Below the pieces are notes generated by a model that saw only the letters and a list, made by a program, of their open reading frames with translations, was not told where the DNA came from and did not search any database. This document shows positions 1 to 8,707 of a stretch of 34,271 nucleotides of DNA, one piece after another. The first letter of the stretch is position 1. Each line of letters opens with the position of its first letter. The position numbers and the translations under genes were made by a program. The DNA lies in the IMG/VR virus record IMGVR_UViG_2734482775_000003, positions 1-34,271 of that record. One strand, given 5' to 3'. The DNA comes from a virus. Taxonomy: Duplodnaviria; Heunggongvirae; Uroviricota; Caudoviricetes.

Positions 1-1023
1 TTATGTGGATGAAATGTGGATACCTCCTTTTAACGGATTAAGTGAAATTGCATCCTGGAGGAAATCAGGAGCGAGGTGCGCATAGGTCATAGTTTGCTGG
101 ATCGTGGCGTGCCCCATAATTCGCTGGAGCGTAAGTATATTTCCTCCATTAATCATAAAGTGAGCTGCAAAGGTATGGCGTAGAACATGTACAGCCTGCC
201 CTTTCGGTAGGTCAGGCTTAACACTGCGAAGCACCTTGCGATATTCCTCATAATTGACGTCAAACAAAAGGCCGGATTTCTTTGTTTTGATCTCACTAAC
301 AACTTCATCAGAGACAGGAATAATTCGAACTTTTCCGTTTTTAGTTTTGTTAAACGTCACGCGGTTATTGATGATGTGTTCCGCGCGCAGATTTTTCGCT
401 TCTCCCCATCTCGCACCAGTACTGAGACAAAGTAGCGTAATCCGCCGGGCATCACCGCTTACTGCATCCAGTAATTTGGCGATTTCTTCCGTGGTGAGAT
501 ACGTCATTTCGGGTGATTTTCGTTTCAAAGAGGGGAGGGCGCGGAGCGGATTTTCTCCGTGAAATTCCCCGGCATTTGCCAGGAGTGTAAACATTCCTCC
601 GAGATCCGACTCATCACGCCGAACAGTAGACTCTTTTACTCCCAAGGATAAACGGGAGCTTCGATAAGCGGCCATGAAACGAGCATTAATCTGGCTAACC
701 CTTGGATCATTCATTTCTTTGATGATTTTTTTCAACCTGGTTAGAACGCCGTTAGCATATGGCTTATTGCGTCCACCCAATTCCCACCATAACGGAAGCA
801 GATCTGAGAGATGACGTTGCTCTGTTGGCTTTTCAAGCCATTCCTTATCGTGCATGTGGCTGAGAACATAACGCTCAAAGGCCACTGCATCTGCCTTTTT
901 CTTAAAAATCCGCTGAATCCGACGTCCACTTCGGCCACGCGGTCTAACATCCACTTTATACCGTCCACCATCGAGCGCTTTAATTGCCATTGGCAAGCCC
1001 TCCGGTGAAACGAGGAAAGACAT
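1..1023 (-). CDS. int: Tyrosine integrase, P2 Int-like; stop codon is the first three bases of the window
   Basis: 340-aa ORF with C-terminal catalytic-region motifs typical of phage integrases (HVLRHTFA...H...GH...Y); sits downstream of the repressor gene on the same strand, as in P2. Confidence 0.9.
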   Translation of the reverse strand: MSFLVSPEGLPMAIKALDGGRYKVDVRPRGRSGRRIQRIFKKKADAVAFERYVLSHMHDKEWLEKPTEQRHLSDLLPLWWELGGRNKPYANGVLTRLKKIIKEMNDPRVSQINARFMAAYRSSRLSLGVKESTVRRDESDLGGMFTLLANAGEFHGENPLRALPSLKRKSPEMTYLTTEEIAKLLDAVSGDARRITLLCLSTGARWGEAKNLRAEHIINNRVTFNKTKNGKVRIIPVSDEVVSEIKTKKSGLLFDVNYEEYRKVLRSVKPDLPKGQAVHVLRHTFAAHFMINGGNILTLQRIMGHATIQQTMTYAHLAPDFLQDAISLNPLKGGIHISST

Positions 1024-1056
1024 TTCCAGTTTGTAAAACGTAAGAATAATAAAGGG

Positions 1057-1359
1057 TTAACCAATTTTCCTTTCGGATGGGGGTAAGTCCGTTGGCTCTT
1101 GCCCATAGTGTGCGAGAGCCGGAGCTATCTGCCCGGATTCAGGCGCAATTTTTCCAGTCATAAACCACAACGCATATTTCTCAAATCTGGGGTTGTTTAG
1201 TATTTGCTCAATTACTTCAGCATTAGGGATAGTTTTACCGCTTTCATATCTCCACAGAGCATCACGGTTTAAACCAAGCATTTTTGCTGTATCCGGGAGG
1301 CTAGTAAGTCTCTCGCTTTCACGCATGATTTTTATGCGCTCTCCAATAGTCATACGCAT
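1057..1359 (-). CDS. C: Immunity repressor, P2 C-like
   Basis: Translation contains WFMTGKIAPESGQIAPALAHYGQ, matching the P2 C repressor as I recall it; start placed at the ATG (MRMTIGERIKIM) preceded by GGAG, rather than the track's upstream TTG. Confidence 0.85.
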   Translation of the reverse strand: MRMTIGERIKIMRESERLTSLPDTAKMLGLNRDALWRYESGKTIPNAEVIEQILNNPRFEKYALWFMTGKIAPESGQIAPALAHYGQEPTDLPPSERKIG

Positions 1360-1454
1360 GTTGCAATTCTCCAACGTCTGTATTAATGTTTATACAAATG
1401 AGTTTGATTTGGGGCATCCGTCGCAAGAAATACCCCAAACAGGGAGATTATCAC
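1360..1454. promoter_or_regulatory. Divergent C / early-operon promoter-operator region
   Basis: Intergenic stretch between divergent repressor and first early gene; contains inverted repeat TTTGGGG-N18-CCCCAAA and AT-rich -10-like hexamers. Confidence 0.45.
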
Positions 1455-1781
1455 ATGAATGAAGAACTATTGAGGGCATTGTTTAAGATCCCAGACCCCA
1501 TCACCGTCGATGAATTTGCCCGCCGCACGGGCAAGACCGAATCAGCCGTAAGAAAGTTGGTGGAACGTCGGCTCATCCCTCTGGCTACTGAGCGTGAAGT
1601 TTTAGGCGAGGAAGGAAGTTCACGCCGCCTCCTCATCTTATGGAACGAGTGGCTCGAAATGGTCTATGACGCAACGAAACAGCTTCCTCCTGAGCGTAAA
1701 GATTGGCGCAACCACTGGCTTAATAAAGCTAAGAAGCTGGCGGAAGATTTGGGATTAGGCTTTCTTAATTTTGCTGCATGA
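1455..1781 (+). CDS. First early-operon gene; Cox/Apl-like small DNA-binding regulator (positional call)
   Basis: Good RBS (AGGGAG) before ATG at 1455; first gene divergent from the repressor, the position Cox/Apl occupies in P2/186; sequence similarity to P2 Cox not evident by eye. Confidence 0.4.
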   Translation: MNEELLRALFKIPDPITVDEFARRTGKTESAVRKLVERRLIPLATEREVLGEEGSSRRLLILWNEWLEMVYDATKQLPPERKDWRNHWLNKAKKLAEDLGLGFLNFAA

Positions 1782-1799
1782 GATGCAGGGAGTTTTGAT

Positions 1800-2141
1800 A
1801 TGAAACAGCAACGTAATTCACGCTTTCGTAATGGTGCTGAACGCCACGCTAACCGTTTCGCTACCAGCGCATCACGCAGCAACATCCGCTACAGCCTGAG
1901 TGATACACACGCAACGCCGGATGGCTACCCAGTAAAACAAATCGGCGAGCATGCCTGGCTGATTGAGAAAGCTGGAATCGTGGTCCGCAAATGTCCACGC
2001 AATCCGTTTACCGGAAACCGCATTTTTGCATTGAGCTGCGGCGACAATCAGTTCGGGCAGGATTTCACATTATACGAAGCACTACGCACGGTTGATCGTC
2101 TGCTTCGCGGGCAAAGTTTTATTAAACAGGCTGATTTATAA
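1800..2141 (+). CDS. Hypothetical early protein
   Basis: 113-aa ORF in the early operon, same strand, compact spacing. Confidence 0.45.
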   Translation: MKQQRNSRFRNGAERHANRFATSASRSNIRYSLSDTHATPDGYPVKQIGEHAWLIEKAGIVVRKCPRNPFTGNRIFALSCGDNQFGQDFTLYEALRTVDRLLRGQSFIKQADL

Positions 2142-2151
2142 CAGGTGCTTT

Positions 2152-2430
2152 ATGACCAAAGAGCATGCACAAGGTGTATTTATCCGTTTTATTGATTTTC
2201 GCGGTGAACTGTTATTACGCGCATCAGCCATTGACGGAGTTGTTCCATCCGAAAAAAACGCAGCTACTTACGTTTATCTGAACGGTACGCGCTTGACTGT
2301 GGAGCTTCCGTACCAGACCGTGCGAGAAATCATTAGCGAAGCTGAAAAGGCACGTCAGGTTAATGGCGATGAACCATATATCGAAATTATTTGTATGGAT
2401 TCAGAAGCTGAAATTCAGAAAGCAGATTAA
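2152..2430 (+). CDS. Hypothetical early protein
   Basis: ATG at 2152 in frame with track ORF 2092..2430; ordinary composition. Confidence 0.45.
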   Translation: MTKEHAQGVFIRFIDFRGELLLRASAIDGVVPSEKNAATYVYLNGTRLTVELPYQTVREIISEAEKARQVNGDEPYIEIICMDSEAEIQKAD

Positions 2431-2441
2431 AGGGCGTTGCG

Positions 2442-2684
2442 ATGGGCAAAGAATATAAAACTCTCATTAACAAAGCACTTGAGCGTTTTTATTTTCGCTT
2501 AAGTGCATCAGGCGCTCATGCTGAACGTGCAGCCCGTGACTCATTGACCAGGGCAATCCGGAGTCTGTATGACGTGGCTTTTTACGCTGATGATCTGGAT
2601 GCACTTAACGAACTTTCCGAGCTGATCTGTGCCGCAGAATGCGGGGAACATATTGAACCGTATAAGCTGGGGAATATCGCATGA
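2442..2684 (+). CDS. Hypothetical early protein
   Basis: 80-aa ORF, compact operon spacing. Confidence 0.45.
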   Translation: MGKEYKTLINKALERFYFRLSASGAHAERAARDSLTRAIRSLYDVAFYADDLDALNELSELICAAECGEHIEPYKLGNIA

Positions 2685-2818
2685 GTATATTTATCTCATG
2701 GCTTGTTCTGATTATTTCGGTGGCCTGCGCTATTGGAATTATGCGAATTATTCATTCAGTAAAAAAGATTGAACGTTTTTCACTGGTGAATAACGATACA
2801 AATAAAACATCAAATTAA
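2681..2818 (+). CDS. Possible small single-pass membrane protein (45 aa)
   Basis: ATG overlaps the upstream stop (ATGA); hydrophobic core LVLIISVACAIGIM; below the ORF-track size cut-off. Confidence 0.3.
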   Translation: MSIFISWLVLIISVACAIGIMRIIHSVKKIERFSLVNNDTNKTSN

Positions 2819-2886
2819 ATAAGAAAACGAGAAAACCATCCGTATTAACGGAGGTATTCGCACACGCAAATAACGGAGATACAAAA

Positions 2887-3297
2887 ATGCACGCAAAAGA
2901 AGAAGGTATCATCAGAGCACTGAAAGAAATTTCAAAGACAGAAAACGTAGTAGCGAAAAAAGCCATAGCAAATAATCATATGGACGTCGCAACCCACACA
3001 CTGATAGTCGCAAGAGTCACGGCAGAAGCAGCCGAAATTATCGCAAAACAGGATGCTGAACTGGCGGTTCTCAGAACACAACCCGTCACCGGACTGGATT
3101 TGTCTAACACCGGACGCCTTATTTACACAATTGGCTCGGAGCTACAGCGATACACCATTATCGCCGGGTTACAGGATAAATACCTGATCACTCCTCACCC
3201 CATAAGGGAATCAGAAATTCTGACAAATCTCCGCCTGATAGAGCGCTCTCAAGTCGCATTCATTGATGACGCACAGTGCACCGTATTTAACGCATAG
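2887..3297 (+). CDS. Hypothetical early protein
   Basis: 136-aa ORF with a purine-rich RBS upstream. Confidence 0.5.
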   Translation: MHAKEEGIIRALKEISKTENVVAKKAIANNHMDVATHTLIVARVTAEAAEIIAKQDAELAVLRTQPVTGLDLSNTGRLIYTIGSELQRYTIIAGLQDKYLITPHPIRESEILTNLRLIERSQVAFIDDAQCTVFNA

Positions 3298-3320
3298 GGT
3301 TACTGGACAAAGGGGGCGCA

Positions 3321-3524
3321 ATGGCAATTAAGCATTTTCCCGTCGTTCGCTTTACCTCCAGAGGGCGCGAATACGAGGTCGACGAACGCCTGATTACCAC
3401 TATCGACAAACATCGTTCGGAAAAGGATGCACACCACATCTACCTCACTGACGGCACTTACTTCTGCGCCACTAATGTGGCGCGGGTAAACCTTATCCGA
3501 CAGGTACAGGAGCAGCGTAAATGA
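3321..3524 (+). CDS. Hypothetical early protein
   Basis: 67-aa ORF; start/stop coupled to the next gene. Confidence 0.45.
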   Translation: MAIKHFPVVRFTSRGREYEVDERLITTIDKHRSEKDAHHIYLTDGTYFCATNVARVNLIRQVQEQRK

Positions 3525-3739
3525 GCAGAAGGCGAATCACACGCAGGCATCGCCGCACACACATGAATTCCTTACCGACGCTGAAAGAACTCATTCAACA
3601 CGAGATCGCTGATTTCTGCGCACCGCTGGGGTCGCCTGGTGAACCGGAAACACCAGAAGCGATGCAGCGCGAACTCATGATGCGCATCGATAACGTTTTT
3701 GACTTTTTCCTGAATAACAAAAGAGAGCAATCAACATGA
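3521..3739 (+). CDS. Hypothetical early protein
   Basis: ATG overlaps the upstream stop and the downstream start (ATGA couplings). Confidence 0.4.
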   Translation: MSRRRITRRHRRTHMNSLPTLKELIQHEIADFCAPLGSPGEPETPEAMQRELMMRIDNVFDFFLNNKREQST

Positions 3740-3939
3740 ACAAAAAGACCTGGTTTCGCGCATACATGTGGGCGCTGGTATGCGTCCTCGTCTCTTTCAT
3801 TCTGTATGCAGGACTACTCCCCCGAATGATTTCATCAGACAGCTCCTTCCTGGTATTGCTGGGCATTTTCATTGCCATGCTGTACCCGGCAGGCGTTGTT
3901 CGCCTTTTCAGTAAGTACATCAAGGAAATCAAGCAATGA
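3736..3939 (+). CDS. Small two-helix membrane protein
   Basis: 67 aa with two hydrophobic stretches (WALVCVLVSFILYAGLL and FLVLLGIFIAMLYPAGVV); translationally coupled to the SPFH gene. Confidence 0.55.
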   Translation: MNKKTWFRAYMWALVCVLVSFILYAGLLPRMISSDSSFLVLLGIFIAMLYPAGVVRLFSKYIKEIKQ

Positions 3940-4766
3940 AGAAATTCAAACTCTTTCAGATTCTCCCGCTTTTTGCCGCCATCCTGCTGGTTGGTTGCGA
4001 TCGCGTTGAGCCAGGTAATGTGGGAATCAAAGTCAACAAACTGGGCGACGACAAAGGCGTCGGCGAAGTAGTTGGCGTTGGCCGCTACTGGACAGGCTGG
4101 AATACAGAGGTTTACATCTTCCCGACTTTCAAACAAATGAAGACTTACGATGAGCCGTTCAACTTCCAGATGAGTGACGGCACAACCATCGGCTATCACA
4201 TCGGCGTGGCCTACAAAGTTGATCCATCCAAAGTTACCACGGTGTTTCAGACCTACCGCAAAGGCGTGGACGACATTACCGACACTGACCTGCGCCAGAA
4301 GATCGCCGACGCACTCAACCGACTGGCCAGCAAAATGACCACCGATAAATTCATCGACGGTGGCAAGTCTGAACTGCTGGATTCAGCACTTAAAGATATT
4401 CAGGCAGAAATGACACCCATCGGCATTCAGGTAATGAGCCTCTCTTATGTCGGTAAACCGGAATATCCGCCAACCGTTATCGACAGCATTAACGCCAAAG
4501 TCACGGCAAACCAGAAAACCCTGCAACGCGAACAGGAAGTAAAACAGCGCGAAGCAGAAGCCAACATGTTGCGCGCAGAAGCTGCCGGACAGGCTGATGC
4601 CATTCGCACAAAAGCCCAGGCTGAAGCCGACGCCATTCGTTTACGCGGCGAAGCTCTGCGCCAGAATCCCGGCGTTATGGAGCTGGAAGCGATCAACAAA
4701 TGGAACGGCACGCTGCCGCAATACATGACCAGTAACACCGCTGTTCCGTTCGTTCCCGTGAAGTAA
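3936..4766 (+). CDS. SPFH/band-7 (stomatin/prohibitin/HflKC-like) lipoprotein
   Basis: Lipoprotein signal with lipobox LLVGC; central SPFH-like domain followed by an Ala/Glu/Gln-rich coiled-coil (QREAEANMLRAEAAGQADAIRTKAQAEADAIRLRGEA), the usual architecture of bacterial band-7 proteins. Confidence 0.7.
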   Translation: MKKFKLFQILPLFAAILLVGCDRVEPGNVGIKVNKLGDDKGVGEVVGVGRYWTGWNTEVYIFPTFKQMKTYDEPFNFQMSDGTTIGYHIGVAYKVDPSKVTTVFQTYRKGVDDITDTDLRQKIADALNRLASKMTTDKFIDGGKSELLDSALKDIQAEMTPIGIQVMSLSYVGKPEYPPTVIDSINAKVTANQKTLQREQEVKQREAEANMLRAEAAGQADAIRTKAQAEADAIRLRGEALRQNPGVMELEAINKWNGTLPQYMTSNTAVPFVPVK

Positions 4767-4928
4767 TGACACCCGGCCAGTGCAAACCGCTGGCCGGAGC
4801 AGTATCAGGATTTTTTAGTATGCCGTTCTCACAAAAAAACCGCTTGCCATGCCGCAATCAGTCAGGTTACATTTTCGCTGCACCTCATAAAACGGGTGCC
4901 GGGTTTCGCAGCCTGCTGACTACAAGAG

Positions 4929-4958
4929 CGCACAACCGCGCCAGCGGTTTTTTTGTGC
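4929..4958 (+). terminator. Putative intrinsic terminator inside the early region
   Basis: GC hairpin CCGC-GCCA-GCGG followed by a T7 run, flanked by CGCACAA / TTGTGCG. Confidence 0.4.
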
Positions 4959-5133
4959 GTACTGTATTGCCACGTTTTTTTCGCGTCAGAATTATGGCGG
5001 GGCGTACGGGGCCGACTTCGGTCGGGCCGGGATCTCTTGTAGCCGGTACTGCGAACCTCGTACGTCTCGCCACCCACAGTTTCGCAGCTCTGGATGGTGA
5101 GCTTTCACAACTTACTACAAGAGGCCACATATC

Positions 5134-5364
5134 ATGGCAAACCGCAAACAGCACCGCGCTATCGCGGAGCGTCGTCACATCCAGACTGAAATCAACCGCA
5201 GACTTTCCCGCGCATTCCGCGTCGCTAAAATCATGCACATCAATATGCTGCATGAGCGTAGCTGCGAACTTTCAAACCTCTACTCATCCGCTGTTTTCAG
5301 TTATCTGGCGGATGATCTGCGCGAGCTTCAGCAGCTCATCCAGCAGCAAAACAAACTCCATTAA
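5134..5364 (+). CDS. Hypothetical Arg-rich small protein
   Basis: 76-aa ORF directly after the structured non-coding stretch. Confidence 0.4.
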   Translation: MANRKQHRAIAERRHIQTEINRRLSRAFRVAKIMHINMLHERSCELSNLYSSAVFSYLADDLRELQQLIQQQNKLH

Positions 5365-5436
5365 TTCCTGTTCCGGGCCTTTCCTGCACCTTGCGGCGGG
5401 AGGCCTTCGCACATCTGTAACCAGAGGATTGCCGCA

Positions 5437-5802
5437 ATGATTCTCGCCAACGACTTTCTTGAATACCTGCTCAACACAGAGCGTGATCTTGCCGTTCGCG
5501 TGCGTGAACGTTATGACATGTACCTGAAATCCCTGCCTGTACCGCAGCTCGCTGACGGAAAGATTGTTATTGATGGTCGCTACATGATTGACAGCCACGA
5601 GGGAAATTACAGGCTTTACCGCATTGAAGGTGGCACCCCGTCCGTTATTGGCATTTACCAGCGCCCATCCTCTGCAATCGTCGATGTGATTGCCGACAGC
5701 ATCCGCATCACACATCGCCATGCCGACACAGAAGACACCGTGCTGGAAATTCAGCGGCTGGCTACAGTCTGCCGCGACACCCTGAATGGCATGACGAAGT
5801 AA
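5437..5802 (+). CDS. Hypothetical protein immediately upstream of gpA
   Basis: 121-aa ORF, same strand, 6 bp before the gpA start. Confidence 0.5.
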   Translation: MILANDFLEYLLNTERDLAVRVRERYDMYLKSLPVPQLADGKIVIDGRYMIDSHEGNYRLYRIEGGTPSVIGIYQRPSSAIVDVIADSIRITHRHADTEDTVLEIQRLATVCRDTLNGMTK

Positions 5803-5808
5803 ATCACT

Positions 5809-8631
5809 ATGACGGCAGAGTACATCAGGGACTGGCAACAACCGCGCCACGCAGTAGGACGTGAAGGAACGGGGATCCCCGCACCTGAATCCGCACTTTC
5901 CTCCTGGCTGGATGCCTACCGGGCAGAGAACGAGCGCCGCCAGGAAATGGCTGACGCGGCGTTCTCCGCCACACCGCTGGGCAACCTGATTAATAAAAGC
6001 CTGGACGCACAGGAAAAGCAGGACAAAACCATCACACTGGCCAGAGAAGCCAGAAAACAGGCACGCGGTGCGGTGGATGAAGCCATGGCCTCGCTGCGCC
6101 TGCTGCCGTCCTATCTGCGCGATCCGCTTATTCGCCACCTCTCCTTCCTGCGCAAAAAACAGGAAGCCGATCGCCGGAAAGGCAAAAAGAGCTGGCAGGC
6201 GGAACGCTATGCACGCGGAACCCTGCGCAAAATATTGGAACGTCTGGCCCGCACTGACGGACGCTGGCTGACTCCGGGTTATCGCTCCCTTGCCGGACGT
6301 GAACGTCTGGACGATTTACTTTACCTGCCGCAGCTCAACAAACACCAGATACAGACACTGGCCGTCATGACGGCGGCAATGTTCAGCAGCACCTTCGAAA
6401 AACTCTGCGATGGCTTTGGCGCGACCGATGGCGAGCTGACCATGGATATAACGCTGAAGGCGTATCAGCTGCTGGCTCGCATGGCGTTACATCTGCACAC
6501 AGTGCCTCCGCATTATGACGCACTGACAACAGACAAAGACCGGAGGAACGAACCGGACACAGAACTGCTGCCGGGTGCAATCCTTCGCCTGACCTGTGCG
6601 GACTGGTGGAAACGCAAATTGTGGCTTTTACGTTGCGAATGGAGAGAGGAACAACTCCGCGCTGCCTGTCTGGTTTCCAGAAAAACATCCCCCTATCTGA
6701 GTCAGGATGCATTAAGTGAATTTCGCGCACAGCGCGAGAAAACACGCGATTTCCTGAAAAGTTTCATGCTGGAAAATGAAGACGGGTTCACGATTGATCT
6801 CGAGACGGTGTATTACGCAGGTGTCAGTAACCCGGTCCACCGTAAAGCAGAAATGATGGCCACCATGAAGGGACTGGAACTTCTGGCCGAAGCCCGTGGC
6901 GACAAAGCGGTGTTTCTGACTGTCACCTGCCCGTCAAAATACCACGCCACAACAGAGAACGGTCATCCGAATCCCAAATGGAACGGGGCCACCATGCGCG
7001 ACTCCAGCGATTACCTGGTTAACACGTTTTTTGCGGCGGTCCGCAAAAAACTGAACCGCGACGGCCTGCGCTGGTATGGCATCCGCACGGTGGAGCCTCA
7101 CCATGACGGCACCGTGCACTGGCATATGATGGTCTTTGCTCATCCGGAAGAAATCGACAGCATCGTGGCCATCACCCGCGATATTGCCATTCAGGAAGAC
7201 CGCCACGAGCTGGGCAATGATATTACTCCGCGCTTTAAGGTGGAGTACGTCGACGGCTCCAAAGGCACGCCAACCAGCTACATCGCCACCTACATCGGAA
7301 AAAACCTGGACAGCCGCGCCGTGGATGGAATCGACCCGAAAACGGGCAAACCACGCGTTGACCACGAAACCGGAAAATCAATGGCCGAGAGCGTGGAGCG
7401 CGCCATCGGCTGGGCGCGCCTTCATCGGGTCCGCCAGTTCCAGTTCTTTGGCATCCCCTCCCGTCAGGTGTGGCGTGAACTGCGCCGCCTTGCCAGCCAG
7501 ATGGCACGCAACCCGGAAGGCCCGCAACGGCTGAAGGATGACGCAATGGATGCGGTACTCGCTGCCGCTGATGCCGGATGTTTTGCCACCTACATTGAAA
7601 AACAGGGTGGCGTACTTGTTCCGCGCAAGGACTACCTGATTCGCACAGCCTACGACCTCGCAGATGAGCTGAACGATTACGGCGAACAGAGTGTACAGAT
7701 TTACGGGATCTGGTCGCCATTCATCGGGGAATCCTCCCGTGTGTGCACGCATCCGGATAACTGGAAGCTGGTAAGACGTAAACCGGAAGCGGAAGACAGC
7801 GCCCGCGAAAATGGTTTTGACCTTCAGGGCGGCCCTGCCGCCCCTTGGACTCGTGGCAATAACTGTCCCCGTGTACAGGAAACGGACAACAACGGGACAG
7901 AACAGCCGGAAGAACGGCCAGCACCGTGGCCGCAGCTCCCTGACGGCGTTGAAGTGAACGAATGGATGCGCTCACTGAAACGGCACGAACGCCGGGCGCT
8001 GATGCGTTCGCTTCGTGACAAACAGGCAAAAAACAGCAGTGATGAAATGCAGAGCTGGACACAGAGCCGCAAACAGCAGCGGCCTTTGCCTGATAACCAC
8101 GAATTACTCGCTAAAGAATGGCGGGAGTCTGCTGAATCTCTCGGCCTGCATATCGGTGAACAGCAGATGCAGCACCTGTTACGGGGCGGCAGTCTGTACG
8201 TTGACGGCAGCATCATTGCACCGCAGGGATTTGAAATTGTACGCAAACCGGATACCCGCCCGGACAGCCGAATCACGCAGCTCTGGCAACGCCTGAGCCG
8301 TAATCACGGCGTAAGCAGCACGGAGATCCGCCATAACCCGGTCGCCAGCTATCTGGAACAGCTTGGGGTATCAGACCCTGAAGCCGCCGCACGCCTGGCA
8401 TCCACACTTCAGCAAGACCAGAACACCATGAAAACACCCGTTACCGTGCTTTCTGACATGCTGCGCGCCATCCGCGACGCAGAGCACGCACAGAGAATCA
8501 GTGAAACCACTGAACGCGCCCGCCGCAAAGCAGACCTGCTGCGGGGTGGCCTGACCAGTGGAAACAAAAAACAGACAAAAACGGGATTCACAAATCCCGT
8601 AAATGAGCAAAAAACGCGCCGCGATATATGA
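5809..8631 (+). CDS. A: Rolling-circle replication initiation endonuclease, P2 gpA family (HUH relaxase-type)
   Basis: HUH-type motif TVHWHMMVFAH and paired catalytic tyrosines in SYIATYIGKN; position between the early operon and the packaging genes; about 180 aa longer than P2 gpA as I recall it. Confidence 0.9.
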   Translation: MTAEYIRDWQQPRHAVGREGTGIPAPESALSSWLDAYRAENERRQEMADAAFSATPLGNLINKSLDAQEKQDKTITLAREARKQARGAVDEAMASLRLLPSYLRDPLIRHLSFLRKKQEADRRKGKKSWQAERYARGTLRKILERLARTDGRWLTPGYRSLAGRERLDDLLYLPQLNKHQIQTLAVMTAAMFSSTFEKLCDGFGATDGELTMDITLKAYQLLARMALHLHTVPPHYDALTTDKDRRNEPDTELLPGAILRLTCADWWKRKLWLLRCEWREEQLRAACLVSRKTSPYLSQDALSEFRAQREKTRDFLKSFMLENEDGFTIDLETVYYAGVSNPVHRKAEMMATMKGLELLAEARGDKAVFLTVTCPSKYHATTENGHPNPKWNGATMRDSSDYLVNTFFAAVRKKLNRDGLRWYGIRTVEPHHDGTVHWHMMVFAHPEEIDSIVAITRDIAIQEDRHELGNDITPRFKVEYVDGSKGTPTSYIATYIGKNLDSRAVDGIDPKTGKPRVDHETGKSMAESVERAIGWARLHRVRQFQFFGIPSRQVWRELRRLASQMARNPEGPQRLKDDAMDAVLAAADAGCFATYIEKQGGVLVPRKDYLIRTAYDLADELNDYGEQSVQIYGIWSPFIGESSRVCTHPDNWKLVRRKPEAEDSARENGFDLQGGPAAPWTRGNNCPRVQETDNNGTEQPEERPAPWPQLPDGVEVNEWMRSLKRHERRALMRSLRDKQAKNSSDEMQSWTQSRKQQRPLPDNHELLAKEWRESAESLGLHIGEQQMQHLLRGGSLYVDGSIIAPQGFEIVRKPDTRPDSRITQLWQRLSRNHGVSSTEIRHNPVASYLEQLGVSDPEAAARLASTLQQDQNTMKTPVTVLSDMLRAIRDAEHAQRISETTERARRKADLLRGGLTSGNKKQTKTGFTNPVNEQKTRRDI
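8577..8606. repeat. Palindromic 30-bp repeat, copy 1 (inside the gpA 3' end)
   Basis: caaaaACGGGATTcacaAATCCCGTaaa, internal palindrome ACGGGA/TCCCGT. Confidence 0.6.
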
Positions 8632-8649
8632 AGCGCGCATAAAACAGGC

Positions 8650-8680
8650 AAAAACGGGATTTCAGAATCCCGTAAACGAT
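8650..8680. repeat. Palindromic 30-bp repeat, copy 2 (upstream of parM); candidate operator or centromere element
   Basis: Near-identical to copy 1 (caaaaACGGGATTtcagAATCCCGTaaa), about 73 bp centre to centre. Confidence 0.6.
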
Positions 8681-8707
8681 TAATTAATCAACATAAGGAA
8701 AAACGAC

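Noticed and set aside
4766-5440. 224-aa plus-strand ORF spanning the non-coding stretch after the SPFH gene
   Set aside because: Low-complexity Ser/Thr/Arg/Ala-rich translation, no RBS, runs across hairpins and a terminator and overlaps a better small ORF; judged spurious.
5284-6138. 284-aa minus-strand ORF
   Set aside because: Antisense to the well-supported early ORF and gpA 5' end; Cys/Arg-rich composition typical of antisense frames in GC-rich coding DNA.
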